Positions 20,986 to 31,225 of a stretch of DNA of 64,000 nucleotides are shown piece by piece (the first letter of the stretch is position 1; the number at the start of each line of letters is the position of its first letter). A model generated the notes under the pieces. The model had not been told where the DNA came from. It ran no database searches and saw only the letters and a program-made list of their open reading frames with translations. The position numbers and the translations under genes were made by a program. Source of the DNA: an uncultured Lachnospiraceae bacterium (GTDB lineage Bacteria > Bacillota > Clostridia > Lachnospirales > Lachnospiraceae); the NCBI GenBank assembly GCA_934317845.1, contig CAKRES010000005.1, positions 51,988-115,987 of the forward strand, read 5' to 3'.

Positions 20986-21017
20986 CTCTGCCTGATCTAT
21001 TTCCTTTTGATGAGAGA

Positions 21018-22110
<1,093 letters not shown>

Positions 22111-22111
22111 T

Positions 22112-22140
22112 GTATCTATATATCTGTCAACCCTTTTTTT
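22112..22140 (-). promoter_or_regulatory. sigma-A promoter of ilvC
   Basis: minus strand perfect TTGACA-17nt-TAGAAT. Confidence 0.6.
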
Positions 22141-22169
22141 CATCTTACGTAAAAACTTTTCAAAACTGT

Positions 22170-22874
22170 TTATCGATCTTCTGTCCATGGAAGCTGCTCG
22201 TTCCATACGGCATGATGCAAATGAATCGTCACTGCACTTTTCAGTGCCTGTGCATCCCGCATCTTTAAAAACTTCATGATCAGAATATGATCCTTATATG
22301 CATCTTCCGCTACAACAGTCAGGTTATACTTTAGAGAGATTGTCTTCTCGATCGTTTCGGTAAGCATCGGCATAAACTGACTTAAAAAATCGTTGTGGGA
22401 AGCCTTTAAGATCGCACCGTGAAAAGCACTCTCAGATGCAATACGCTCTGTTCCTTCCGGGTTTTTCAAAAGCTGCTGCTGACATTCCTCTCCCAGTGCA
22501 AGGATCTGCTCGATCTCCTCATCCGTAGCACGTTTGCAGGCAAGTGCTGCCGCCTCCGGCTCAAAGATCATACGCGCCTCATATAAATCCCGAAGTGTGA
22601 TCTTCATGTTAGAAAAATCCTGTATCTCAATTCTGCTGTTGACGATCTGATCTACCTCTTCTGCTACAAAGGTTCCTCTGCCACGCTTTACCTCCAGTAC
22701 ACCCTCGGAAGCTAAGATCCTTATTCCCTCACGCAGTGTGGTGCGGCTGACTCCTAAATGTCTGGATAACTCATTTTCATTGGGAAGTTTCTCCCCATAT
22801 TGATAAATATGTTCCTCAAGGATCATATTCCGAAGCTCCTCCGCAATTTTCTGGGCTAAATTTTCTTTCTCCAT
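22170..22874 (-). CDS. GntR-family transcriptional regulator with FCD (FadR-type) C-terminal domain
   Basis: wHTH block LPNENELSRHLGVSRTTLREGIRILASEGVL; start taken at MEKEN (GGAGAAG RBS) rather than the upstream ATG of the listed ORF. Confidence 0.8.
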   Translation of the reverse strand: MEKENLAQKIAEELRNMILEEHIYQYGEKLPNENELSRHLGVSRTTLREGIRILASEGVLEVKRGRGTFVAEEVDQIVNSRIEIQDFSNMKITLRDLYEARMIFEPEAAALACKRATDEEIEQILALGEECQQQLLKNPEGTERIASESAFHGAILKASHNDFLSQFMPMLTETIEKTISLKYNLTVVAEDAYKDHILIMKFLKMRDAQALKSAVTIHLHHAVWNEQLPWTEDR

Positions 22875-22997
22875 AATGCTTCTCCATTCGCAAGTGATAC
22901 CGACAGTCAAGTCCACCATTTTTATTTTCATCAAAAAAGTGCAGCTATCCTAAGACAACTACACTTTATTCTTCAGTTTCTTACTTCTCTCTTATCA

Positions 22998-23501
22998 TTA
23001 ATGATCCGATTCTGTCATTTCATAATTACCGCGGATCAGACCAGTTAAACCGGTTCTTACGATCTGACGGATCGTATAATCCTCTAACAGAGCCAGAAAT
23101 GCATTGATCTTGTTTGTGTTACCGGTCAGCTCGATCATCAGTGAGTGGATCCCCACATCCACGATCTTGGCACGGAACACATCTGCAATTGCAATGACAT
23201 CCTGTTTCTGCTGTCTGCTGCACTCCAGCTTGACTAAAACAAGCTCGCGGCATACCGACTCATCATCTTTTAATTCATCAATACTGATCACATCTTCTAA
23301 CTTCATCAGCTGTTTTTTGATCTGATCAATGATCGCATCATCCCCATGCAGTGCCACCGTCATACGGGAGTACTTAGGGTCCATTGTCTCTCCTACTGTC
23401 AGACTGTCAATATTATAGCCGCGTCGACTGAACAGTCCGGCTACCCGGCTTAACACACCTGATGTATTTTCCACTAACAAAGATAATACACTTCGTCTCA
23501 T
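22998..23501 (-). CDS. ilvH: acetolactate synthase small (regulatory) subunit
   Basis: ACT domain N-terminus (LSLLVENTSGVLSRVAGLFSRRGYNIDSLTV) plus ALS_ss_C, 167 aa. Confidence 0.88.
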   Translation of the reverse strand: MRRSVLSLLVENTSGVLSRVAGLFSRRGYNIDSLTVGETMDPKYSRMTVALHGDDAIIDQIKKQLMKLEDVISIDELKDDESVCRELVLVKLECSRQQKQDVIAIADVFRAKIVDVGIHSLMIELTGNTNKINAFLALLEDYTIRQIVRTGLTGLIRGNYEMTESDH

Positions 23502-23577
23502 GTTATATCCACCTTTCTATTTTGCAGCCACCATTGCAGCAACATCCATTTTCTTTCTCAATCTGTGCTGTGGCAGC

Positions 23578-24564
23578 TTATTTTTCCGTATCATTGGTAT
23601 CTACAATATCCTGTTGCATAACCGGATTGTACATAAAATCAGCAACGTCTTTTCTGACTACATCTGCATCAAAACGATATACGGTTACTCCGTCTACAGT
23701 TTCTACTGAATACTGTCCATCCGCAGGAAGCACATATTCTTTCACATTGTCTCCGCTCATGGCGATCACATCTGCCAGATATGTCGTAATCTCCTTTGAA
23801 GTAAGATCTGTCGTCATTGATTTTACAAGCTGTTTTACCATATCCAAAAGGCTGGATACAGATGACTTGGAGAGGGAACTGTACATTGCCTTCATCAGCT
23901 TACGTTCTCTTACAGTACGTCCATAATCCCCTGCTGCATCCTGCTTGATCCGCACATAAGCAAGTGCCTGTGTACCATTTAACAGATTCTCACCGATTGC
24001 AACATTTTTAACATTCTGATCTTCATAGTAATACTGCAAATACTTGGCTTCAAATTCCGTGACGTCGATCGTCACTCCACCGATCTTATCTACGATCGCA
24101 ACAAAGTCTTTAAATTCCACGATCGCATAATTATTTAACTGAATTCCATAATTGCTTGCAATGGTTTCATAGAGCAAGGAAATCCCACCAATGGAATATG
24201 CCATGCTCAGACGGTTTTCACCATAGCCGGGAATGTCTACATAAGCATCTCCAAGCAACGAGGTCATCTTTAACTGATTATTCTTTTTATCGATCGATAC
24301 GATCAGCATGCAGTCCGAACGACCATATCCTGTTTCACTGCCACGTTTGTCGGAACCTACCAGTAAGATGTTCTTAACCTTCTCATCCCCCGTCAGGCTA
24401 TAACTGCCCATCTTACTTTTATTCATATCCGCAAAGGAAACTACGGCATTTGCGTTTGATTTTTTGATCGTTTTATTCTGTTGTATTCCTTTGTATCCGC
24501 CAAAGCCTATTGCAGCAATGAATAGCAGAACAATCAGAATCTTCAGCCATTTGCTCATTTCCAA
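23578..24564 (-). CDS. LytR-CpsA-Psr (LCP) family cell-envelope polymer transferase
   Basis: N-terminal TM anchor, LCP block NILLVGSDKR...RSDCMLIVSID...RLSMAYSIGG. Confidence 0.8.
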   Translation of the reverse strand: MEMSKWLKILIVLLFIAAIGFGGYKGIQQNKTIKKSNANAVVSFADMNKSKMGSYSLTGDEKVKNILLVGSDKRGSETGYGRSDCMLIVSIDKKNNQLKMTSLLGDAYVDIPGYGENRLSMAYSIGGISLLYETIASNYGIQLNNYAIVEFKDFVAIVDKIGGVTIDVTEFEAKYLQYYYEDQNVKNVAIGENLLNGTQALAYVRIKQDAAGDYGRTVRERKLMKAMYSSLSKSSVSSLLDMVKQLVKSMTTDLTSKEITTYLADVIAMSGDNVKEYVLPADGQYSVETVDGVTVYRFDADVVRKDVADFMYNPVMQQDIVDTNDTEK

Positions 24565-24603
24565 TCACTCCATCTTCCCTACTTTTACAAACTCTTAGTT
24601 ACG

Positions 24604-24632
24604 ATTATAGTATGATTACGGTTGAAATTCAA
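24604..24632 (-). promoter_or_regulatory. sigma-A promoter of the LCP gene
   Basis: minus strand TTGAAT-17nt-TATAAT. Confidence 0.55.
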
Positions 24633-24668
24633 GCGAATCTTTCCCGATGCCCCGCGCATCCGATCCGT

Positions 24669-25574
24669 TTACGCTTCTCCTGTGATCAGCCACGGAGAAG
24701 GTTGTGCAATAAATACATTGTTATGATTGGTTTTCGATACGGAAATCTGCATTACTTCCGTATTGGAAATACCATATTTTTCAAACAATGGCTTGATCGC
24801 TGATAATGTATCTAATTCCAGTGTATAGACGACAAACTGCATATGCGGATTCTTTTGAAGCAGTGCCGCAATATTTTCTTCTAAATGCTTGTCTGCCACA
24901 ATAAAAGCAAGTCTTGGAACCGGAAGTTTCTTCCATGCCTCCTGATCTACTCCTTCAACGATCTCCACATTATGCACACCAAATTTGGCGGCGTTTTCTT
25001 CCATCGCACGCATGGATCCGGCATCCGGTTCTACTGCAATGATCGTACCCTCGCTTGCTGCGATCGCTGCCTCGATCACAATAGATTCTCCACTTACAAT
25101 ACAGATCGTATCCTGACGATCCACATCTAACAAACTCATGATGACGGCACGGATCTCATTTCCGACATAGCGGATCGGTCCCCGGCTGAAATTCTCATTC
25201 TTAATACCAATCCTGTAAGATTCTCTTGTGTTTTCGTTTGTTACAAATAATACCGTTGGCTCCTCAATCTCACGCCCCATTACACTTTGAATATCCGTGC
25301 TTAAAATATCACTTCCCGGTGCAGTGCCTGTTCCGATCATCACTTTACAAGCACCAAGTCCTGCCTCCCACAACTCATAGCATAAATCTTTATGGCTTTC
25401 GTCTGCAAAGATCATCACACGCTTGTGGCTTTCGATCAATGGTACTACATTTTTCTTTTTCCCACAGATATTCATCGGATGAATTTTCTCCGGACTCACA
25501 TCCATTTTCTCTGAGAAAAATCCCATCCAGTTTAGCATTTCCGTATTGCGAAAGGTATTTGTATTCTCACCCAT
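24669..25574 (-). CDS. CbiE/CbiT (CobL)-like SAM-dependent methyltransferase family protein, function uncertain
   Basis: C-terminal half resembles CbiT (RGPIRYVGNEIRAVIMSLLDV...IVIEAAIAA...IAVEPD); N-terminal half resembles the end of a tetrapyrrole-methylase fold; no other cobalamin genes nearby. Confidence 0.35.
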   Translation of the reverse strand: MGENTNTFRNTEMLNWMGFFSEKMDVSPEKIHPMNICGKKKNVVPLIESHKRVMIFADESHKDLCYELWEAGLGACKVMIGTGTAPGSDILSTDIQSVMGREIEEPTVLFVTNENTRESYRIGIKNENFSRGPIRYVGNEIRAVIMSLLDVDRQDTICIVSGESIVIEAAIAASEGTIIAVEPDAGSMRAMEENAAKFGVHNVEIVEGVDQEAWKKLPVPRLAFIVADKHLEENIAALLQKNPHMQFVVYTLELDTLSAIKPLFEKYGISNTEVMQISVSKTNHNNVFIAQPSPWLITGEA

Positions 25575-25592
25575 AGCTCTTACCTCCTGTTC

Positions 25593-26570
25593 TTATAGCT
25601 GCATCAAACGATCCCAGTATCCGGTCCAGAAACTCGGACTCATTGTAAGCTTGCGGATCATGCCCCGGCTTAAATGACGATAATTCTTGCCCAGCCGGTA
25701 TCCGATAAACTTACAGCTGTTTAACCAGATGGATCGAAACATCAGTCCGATCTTTCCACGCTTTAACATATGTCCTGCAGTCTTCACCACCAGACGCATG
25801 CCTTCTTTTTCTGATTTGATCTCTTTTAACAGACCGCCTGCCATTTCCTGCGATACCGCCAGATCAAAATTCCGTTTGAGCTGCTGCATTCCGGTGTAAT
25901 CATGCCAGTGTATCACTTTGGCATCTGCCGCATAATAAACAGCATAGCCTGCCTCGATCATAGACGCTGCCATCATCATATCCTCGTTAAAGATCGCGTG
26001 AAGCACAAAACCACCCATCTGCTCATAGGTGCTTCTGCGGTAAAGCGCACACACATTGGAGCAGAAAAAGGTTTTAATACCCAGCGTAGCGAGATCCTCC
26101 TTCGTCTTTTTCCTGCTTTCCGGCGGATAATTAAAGATTCTCGTATAATATTCCAGATAATTGGCCTGCTTATCTCCTAACTGTCTCGCATAAGAAACAC
26201 CGATCTCATCATCCTTCATCGGAAGCAATAACTGCTCGATCAGATGCTTGTTTTTCGGAACGGCATCCTGCGTCATAAACAGCAGAAAATCTGCGTCGGA
26301 CTGGCTGGCGGCCCGATTTCTTGTCCCACCATGATCAAATTCATATTTGGAAATATGATGCACCGTAATGTCTTCATAGTGATTGACTTCCTTATTCTTA
26401 AAAAAATTCTCTTCCGTATTCATAATATAGATATGTCGTGGCTTAATGGTCTGTTTATGAAGACGTTTGATCAAAGACTCCAGTTTTTCATCGGGATGAT
26501 AGGTCGGAATGATCACATCAACGGTCCCAATCTGTGCAATCGCATCGTAATCTATCGTTTTTTCTTCCAT
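25593..26570 (-). CDS. family 2 glycosyltransferase
   Basis: N-terminal VDVIIPTY, DxD-like DAD, 325 aa GT-A fold. Confidence 0.8.
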   Translation of the reverse strand: MEEKTIDYDAIAQIGTVDVIIPTYHPDEKLESLIKRLHKQTIKPRHIYIMNTEENFFKNKEVNHYEDITVHHISKYEFDHGGTRNRAASQSDADFLLFMTQDAVPKNKHLIEQLLLPMKDDEIGVSYARQLGDKQANYLEYYTRIFNYPPESRKKTKEDLATLGIKTFFCSNVCALYRRSTYEQMGGFVLHAIFNEDMMMAASMIEAGYAVYYAADAKVIHWHDYTGMQQLKRNFDLAVSQEMAGGLLKEIKSEKEGMRLVVKTAGHMLKRGKIGLMFRSIWLNSCKFIGYRLGKNYRHLSRGMIRKLTMSPSFWTGYWDRLMQL

Positions 26571-26610
26571 CTTAAATCACCTGCATTTCATTCTATATCA
26601 AGGACTGCTA

Positions 26611-28428
26611 CTATTCTTCCTGTACCTCATCGGTATTTTTCTCTACTTTGGTCGGCTTAATGAATAATTCCTCTAACTGCTTTGGTTCTACTACATTCGG
26701 AGCCTCTGACATAAGATCGGACGCATCCTTTACCTTCGGAAATGCAATCACATCGCGGATGCTCTCTGATCCGGTCATCAGCATGATCATACGATCAAAT
26801 CCAAATGCCAGTCCTGCGTGTGGCGGTACACCATATTTAAACGCATTCAGAAGGAAACCGAAACGGTCGTAGGCTTCCTCTTTGGAAAATCCCAGTGCGA
26901 TAAACATTTTCTCCTGTACATCGTTCATGGAAATACGGACAGAGCCTCCACCCAGCTCGCAGCCGTTTAATACAATGTCGTACGCTTTTGCTCTGGCTTC
27001 CCAAGGCTCCTTTGTATCTAATAACGCAAGATCTTCTTCCATCGGCATTGTAAATGGATGATGCATTGCCAGATAACGTCCCTGCTCCTCAGAATATTCA
27101 AACATCGGGAACTCAGTTACCCAGAGGAAGTTAAACTGCTTTGGATTGATCAGATCCATACGCTTTGCAAGCTCGATCCGGAGTGCTCCAAGCACTGCAA
27201 ATACTGTTTTATTTTTATCTGCTGCAAATAAAAGCAGATCGCCCGGCTCACCCTGCATTGCATTTACCAGTGCATTCATCTCTTCGTCTTTCATAAATTT
27301 AGCGAAGGATGACTTTCTCGTACCGTCCTCGCCGATCGCAATATATGCCAGTCCTTTTGCACCGTAGTCTTTCGCAAAATCTACTAAAGAATCAATCTTC
27401 TTACGTGGCATGCCGCCCTGTCCCTTCGCATTGATACCGCGGACCGAACCGCCATTTTCAATGGCACTCTTAAATACAACAAACTCACAATCCTTGACAA
27501 CCTCTGTCACATCATTTAATTCCATACCAAAACGGGTATCCGGTTTATCAGAACCAAAACGGCGCATCGCCTCTGCCCATGTCATGCGTTTCATTGGAAG
27601 CTCTACATCAACATCCAGCACTTCCTTAAATACTTTTGCGATCAGCCGCTCATTCACATCAATAACATCGTCCACATCCACAAAGGAAAGCTCCATATCG
27701 ATCTGGGTAAATTCCGGCTGTCGATCTGCACGAAGATCCTCGTCACGGAAACATTTAGCAATCTGAAAATAACGGTCATAACCGGAACACATCAAAAGCT
27801 GTTTAAAGATCTGTGGAGACTGTGGCAGTGCATAGAAATTGCCCGGATGCACACGACTTGGCACGAGATAATCTCTTGCTCCCTCCGGTGTACTCTTACA
27901 AAGTACCGGAGTTTCAATCTCTAAAAATCCCTCTTCTGTTAAAAACTGGCGGATAATTCCGGCAACCTTGCTCCGCATCATCAGGTTCTTCTGAAGATCC
28001 GGACGTCGCAGATCCAGATAACGATATTTCAAGCGGATATCTTCCTTTGTTTTGGAATTAGCCTCAATCGGGAATGGAGGTGTATCGGCTTCAGAAAGCA
28101 CACGCAGGGTATCTGCGATCACTTCAATCTCTCCTGTTTTTAAATTTTTATTGATGCCGCCTTCCCGCTCTACTACCTGTCCGGTTACAGCGATCACATA
28201 CTCGCCGCGAAGCTTGTATGCCTTATCAAAATCTTCCTTTGCAAGCTTGTCCTCATGGAAGGTGATCTGCAATAGTCCACTGCGGTCTCTTAAATCTACA
28301 AAGATCAGTCCACCGGTATTACGGGATTTCTGTACCCATCCCATCACGGTAACCTTCTCACCTACGTTTGCCCTGCTCAATTCTGCACATCTATGGCTTC
28401 GTTTCAAGCCTCTCATAGATTCTGCCAT
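26611..28428 (-). CDS. aspS: aspartate--tRNA ligase
   Basis: OB-fold N-terminus, class II aaRS motifs, 605 aa. Confidence 0.92.
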   Translation of the reverse strand: MAESMRGLKRSHRCAELSRANVGEKVTVMGWVQKSRNTGGLIFVDLRDRSGLLQITFHEDKLAKEDFDKAYKLRGEYVIAVTGQVVEREGGINKNLKTGEIEVIADTLRVLSEADTPPFPIEANSKTKEDIRLKYRYLDLRRPDLQKNLMMRSKVAGIIRQFLTEEGFLEIETPVLCKSTPEGARDYLVPSRVHPGNFYALPQSPQIFKQLLMCSGYDRYFQIAKCFRDEDLRADRQPEFTQIDMELSFVDVDDVIDVNERLIAKVFKEVLDVDVELPMKRMTWAEAMRRFGSDKPDTRFGMELNDVTEVVKDCEFVVFKSAIENGGSVRGINAKGQGGMPRKKIDSLVDFAKDYGAKGLAYIAIGEDGTRKSSFAKFMKDEEMNALVNAMQGEPGDLLLFAADKNKTVFAVLGALRIELAKRMDLINPKQFNFLWVTEFPMFEYSEEQGRYLAMHHPFTMPMEEDLALLDTKEPWEARAKAYDIVLNGCELGGGSVRISMNDVQEKMFIALGFSKEEAYDRFGFLLNAFKYGVPPHAGLAFGFDRMIMLMTGSESIRDVIAFPKVKDASDLMSEAPNVVEPKQLEELFIKPTKVEKNTDEVQEE

Positions 28429-28460
28429 TTTTTTATCCTCCTACTATTTGTATTCTTTTC

Positions 28461-29120
28461 TTAACTGGTTATTCCAACCGGCTCATTGCCGGATTTATTA
28501 AATTCATAATGGAACTCATCACTGGTAAACATCGAAAGCTTGCCAATGGAAAAGATCAGCTCATTGGACTGCACCACCCTTTGAAATGCCAGGAAAATAC
28601 GCATATCAAAATGACGCACCTCGTCAATCATCAGTTCCACTGCAGTATCTATATCAAATGCCTCCCGGTACGGCCGTTCTGAGATCAGTGCAGAAAAAAC
28701 ATCGCACACTCTTAAAATCCTTGCAAGATAAGGGATCTTCTCTCCTGCCAGATTTGCCGGATACCCGGTTCCATCGTAATTCTCATGGTGATATAACACT
28801 GCCTCACAGATCTTTGGATCAAATCCCTGCTCTGTAAGGATAGCATATCCTAACGTTGGATGAGTACGCACATAGCGGATCTCATCAATGCTCATTGACT
28901 GTTTCTGATCAGGATTCAGATTTACATAGGAATTTAACTGCATCTTTCCAATGTCATGTACCATCCCGGCCAATGCCGCTATAGCACACTCCTCCTCCGA
29001 CAGATTCAGTTCCTGACTTACTAAGTATGCCACATTGCTCACCAGCATCCCGTGTGTCAACGCCTTTGCAAATTCACTATCCACATTTTGATTCCAAATT
29101 CGTTCCATGCTACGGATCAT
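28461..29120 (-). CDS. HD-GYP domain phosphohydrolase (stand-alone)
   Basis: HD motif (VHDIGK), HHENYDGTGYP. Confidence 0.75.
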   Translation of the reverse strand: MIRSMERIWNQNVDSEFAKALTHGMLVSNVAYLVSQELNLSEEECAIAALAGMVHDIGKMQLNSYVNLNPDQKQSMSIDEIRYVRTHPTLGYAILTEQGFDPKICEAVLYHHENYDGTGYPANLAGEKIPYLARILRVCDVFSALISERPYREAFDIDTAVELMIDEVRHFDMRIFLAFQRVVQSNELIFSIGKLSMFTSDEFHYEFNKSGNEPVGITS

Positions 29121-29129
29121 TCCTCCCTG

Positions 29130-30569
29130 CTACATGCTCTCAAGCATATCACATTTTCGTTTGATCATCTCATCAATCCGTTCTACATAAAGCTTCACAT
29201 CTTTGACATTCTCGGTGCGTTCAATACGCTGTCCCTTTCCAAACACATACTTGCTGGCGGCTCCTGCTCCGAGTGCAAGGATCGTCTGCTTTTCTTCCAT
29301 GATAAGAATGTTGTAGATTCCTTCCTTCCCCGTACGGGCATATCCCACATTTTCAAAATTACCGGGAATGTTCTTCTGTCGGTACAAATAATACGGTTTC
29401 ATGGAGAGAGTTCTTGCCGTCCGGTCTGCCATCAAAAGCATCTCGTTCGTTGTTCCACGAGCCACATGTTCGTATTCTTCTCGCTTAGTATTTAAGTTGG
29501 CTGCTCGTTTGATCGCCAGCGAATGGATCGTTAGATTATCCGGACTTAATACTTCTATCTCAGAAAGTGTATGTGCCACCATCTGCTCATTTTCTCCTAA
29601 AAGCCCCATGATCAGATCCATGTTAATGTTGTCAAATCCCATCTCTCTCGCCAGATAAAAGGTTTCTTTTACCTGCTCAACGGTATGATTTCTTCCGATC
29701 AGCTTCAACGTCTGCTCATTCATCGTCTGCGGATTAATGCTGATCCTCGTTGCCGGGCTTTCAAGTATTGCTGCCAATTTGTCTTTGGTGATGCTGTCCG
29801 GCCGCCCCGCCTCAACAGTAAACTCCCGCATATAAGAGAGGTCAAAGGAAGCCTCGATCTTATGAAGCAGCCGTTTTAATTGTCCGGCAGTCAGCGATGT
29901 CGGCGTACCGCCACCAATATAAATGCTGTTGACATGCCGTCCCTTCATGGCATCCTTTGCAAAGTCAATCTCCCGAAAGAGTGCCGAAAGATATGTGTCC
30001 ACATATTCCTCATACAAGGTCAGCGGATACGAGGTAAACGAGCAATAAAGGCATCTTGACGGGCAAAATGGAATCCCGATATAAAGACTGTACTGTCTGT
30101 CATAATCAATTCCTTTTAAGATTTCCTGCTCTTTTTTTGCAACCTCTAAGCTTAATTCTGCTTTCTGGTCAGATGCCACATAATCCTTTTTGAAACGGGC
30201 AAGTGCCTCCTGTTCGCTGCATCCTTGTTCCAGATATCCGGTTATGATCTTAACCGGACGGATCCCCGTCAGCGTGCCCCACGGCAGCGTGTGTCCACAG
30301 GCTTCGCAGAGTATGCTGTAAATAGCTTCCTTGACTGTGTTTCTGGTCAGCATTTTATCCCGGTAATCCCCGGAAAAGGACCGTTTGATAACGCTGCCAT
30401 CTTCGGTTTGAAATACCGCCTGATGCTCCCCTTCTTCCTGAAAGGTCACCGTAAGCTGCATTCTGGTATTGTCTCGTGCCGGCACGATCTTTTCATTCTC
30501 ATAAAACGCCTGTAACAGCGTGCGGATATCATAATCGTACCGTTCATCGTTTTGTATCAATCCAATCAT
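29130..30569 (-). CDS. hemZ: radical SAM coproporphyrinogen-III oxidase-like protein (HemZ family)
   Basis: CPSRCLYCSF CxxxCxxC motif, HemN-like core with ~150-aa N-terminal extension, 479 aa. Confidence 0.65.
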   Translation of the reverse strand: MIGLIQNDERYDYDIRTLLQAFYENEKIVPARDNTRMQLTVTFQEEGEHQAVFQTEDGSVIKRSFSGDYRDKMLTRNTVKEAIYSILCEACGHTLPWGTLTGIRPVKIITGYLEQGCSEQEALARFKKDYVASDQKAELSLEVAKKEQEILKGIDYDRQYSLYIGIPFCPSRCLYCSFTSYPLTLYEEYVDTYLSALFREIDFAKDAMKGRHVNSIYIGGGTPTSLTAGQLKRLLHKIEASFDLSYMREFTVEAGRPDSITKDKLAAILESPATRISINPQTMNEQTLKLIGRNHTVEQVKETFYLAREMGFDNINMDLIMGLLGENEQMVAHTLSEIEVLSPDNLTIHSLAIKRAANLNTKREEYEHVARGTTNEMLLMADRTARTLSMKPYYLYRQKNIPGNFENVGYARTGKEGIYNILIMEEKQTILALGAGAASKYVFGKGQRIERTENVKDVKLYVERIDEMIKRKCDMLESM

Positions 30570-30573
30570 AATC

Positions 30574-31209
30574 TTACATATATGGGTTCTCTGCCCGTTC
30601 TATCTCCATCGTCGTTGTTGGTCCATGTCCCGGACATACTTTTACATAATCCCCGATATCAGCATATTTTACCCGGATGGAATGTAACAATGCCTTGGCA
30701 TCTCCGCCCGGAAAATCCGTTCTTCCCACGCTTCCTGCAAACAGCGTATCCCCGGAAAAAAGCACCTCATCCTCGATCGCATAAAAGCTCATGCCGCCCG
30801 GTGTATGTCCTGGTGTATGAATACAGCGGAAATGTGCTCCTGCAAACTCCAGTTTATCTCCATCATGCAAAAATTCATCTGCATTGACCGTACATGGTCT
30901 TCCAAAAGTTTCACTCAAATTCTGCTCTGTGCTCTGTAATGTCTCCCGCTCTTCATAACAGGCATAGGTTTTTAAGGAGTGAAAAGACTCCTTCAATGCT
31001 GCCACACCATCAATGTGATCATAGTGCCCATGTGTCAATAAAATGGCAACCGGACGCATTCCGTTATTCTCTAATACATCCCGGATCAGATACCCTTCTG
31101 CCCCCGGATCGATCACAACTGCTTCCTTGGTATCCTTATTGCATAACAAATAGCAGTTGGTTCCTAAATTACCTACCTGTTCTGTAAGAAGCATCATGTG
31201 TTGTCTCAT
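30574..31209 (-). CDS. MBL-fold metallo-hydrolase
   Basis: THGHYDH motif, GHTPG; start moved to MRQHMM (AAAGGAG RBS), 16 nt after the relA stop. Confidence 0.8.
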   Translation of the reverse strand: MRQHMMLLTEQVGNLGTNCYLLCNKDTKEAVVIDPGAEGYLIRDVLENNGMRPVAILLTHGHYDHIDGVAALKESFHSLKTYACYEERETLQSTEQNLSETFGRPCTVNADEFLHDGDKLEFAGAHFRCIHTPGHTPGGMSFYAIEDEVLFSGDTLFAGSVGRTDFPGGDAKALLHSIRVKYADIGDYVKVCPGHGPTTTMEIERAENPYM

Positions 31210-31225
31210 AACAAACTCCTTTCCA

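Noticed and set aside
24640-24668. GC-rich hairpin gatgccccgcgcatc after the CbiE/T-like gene as a terminator
   Set aside because: Only a 5-bp stem and no T-run on the minus strand; it sits upstream of the LCP promoter
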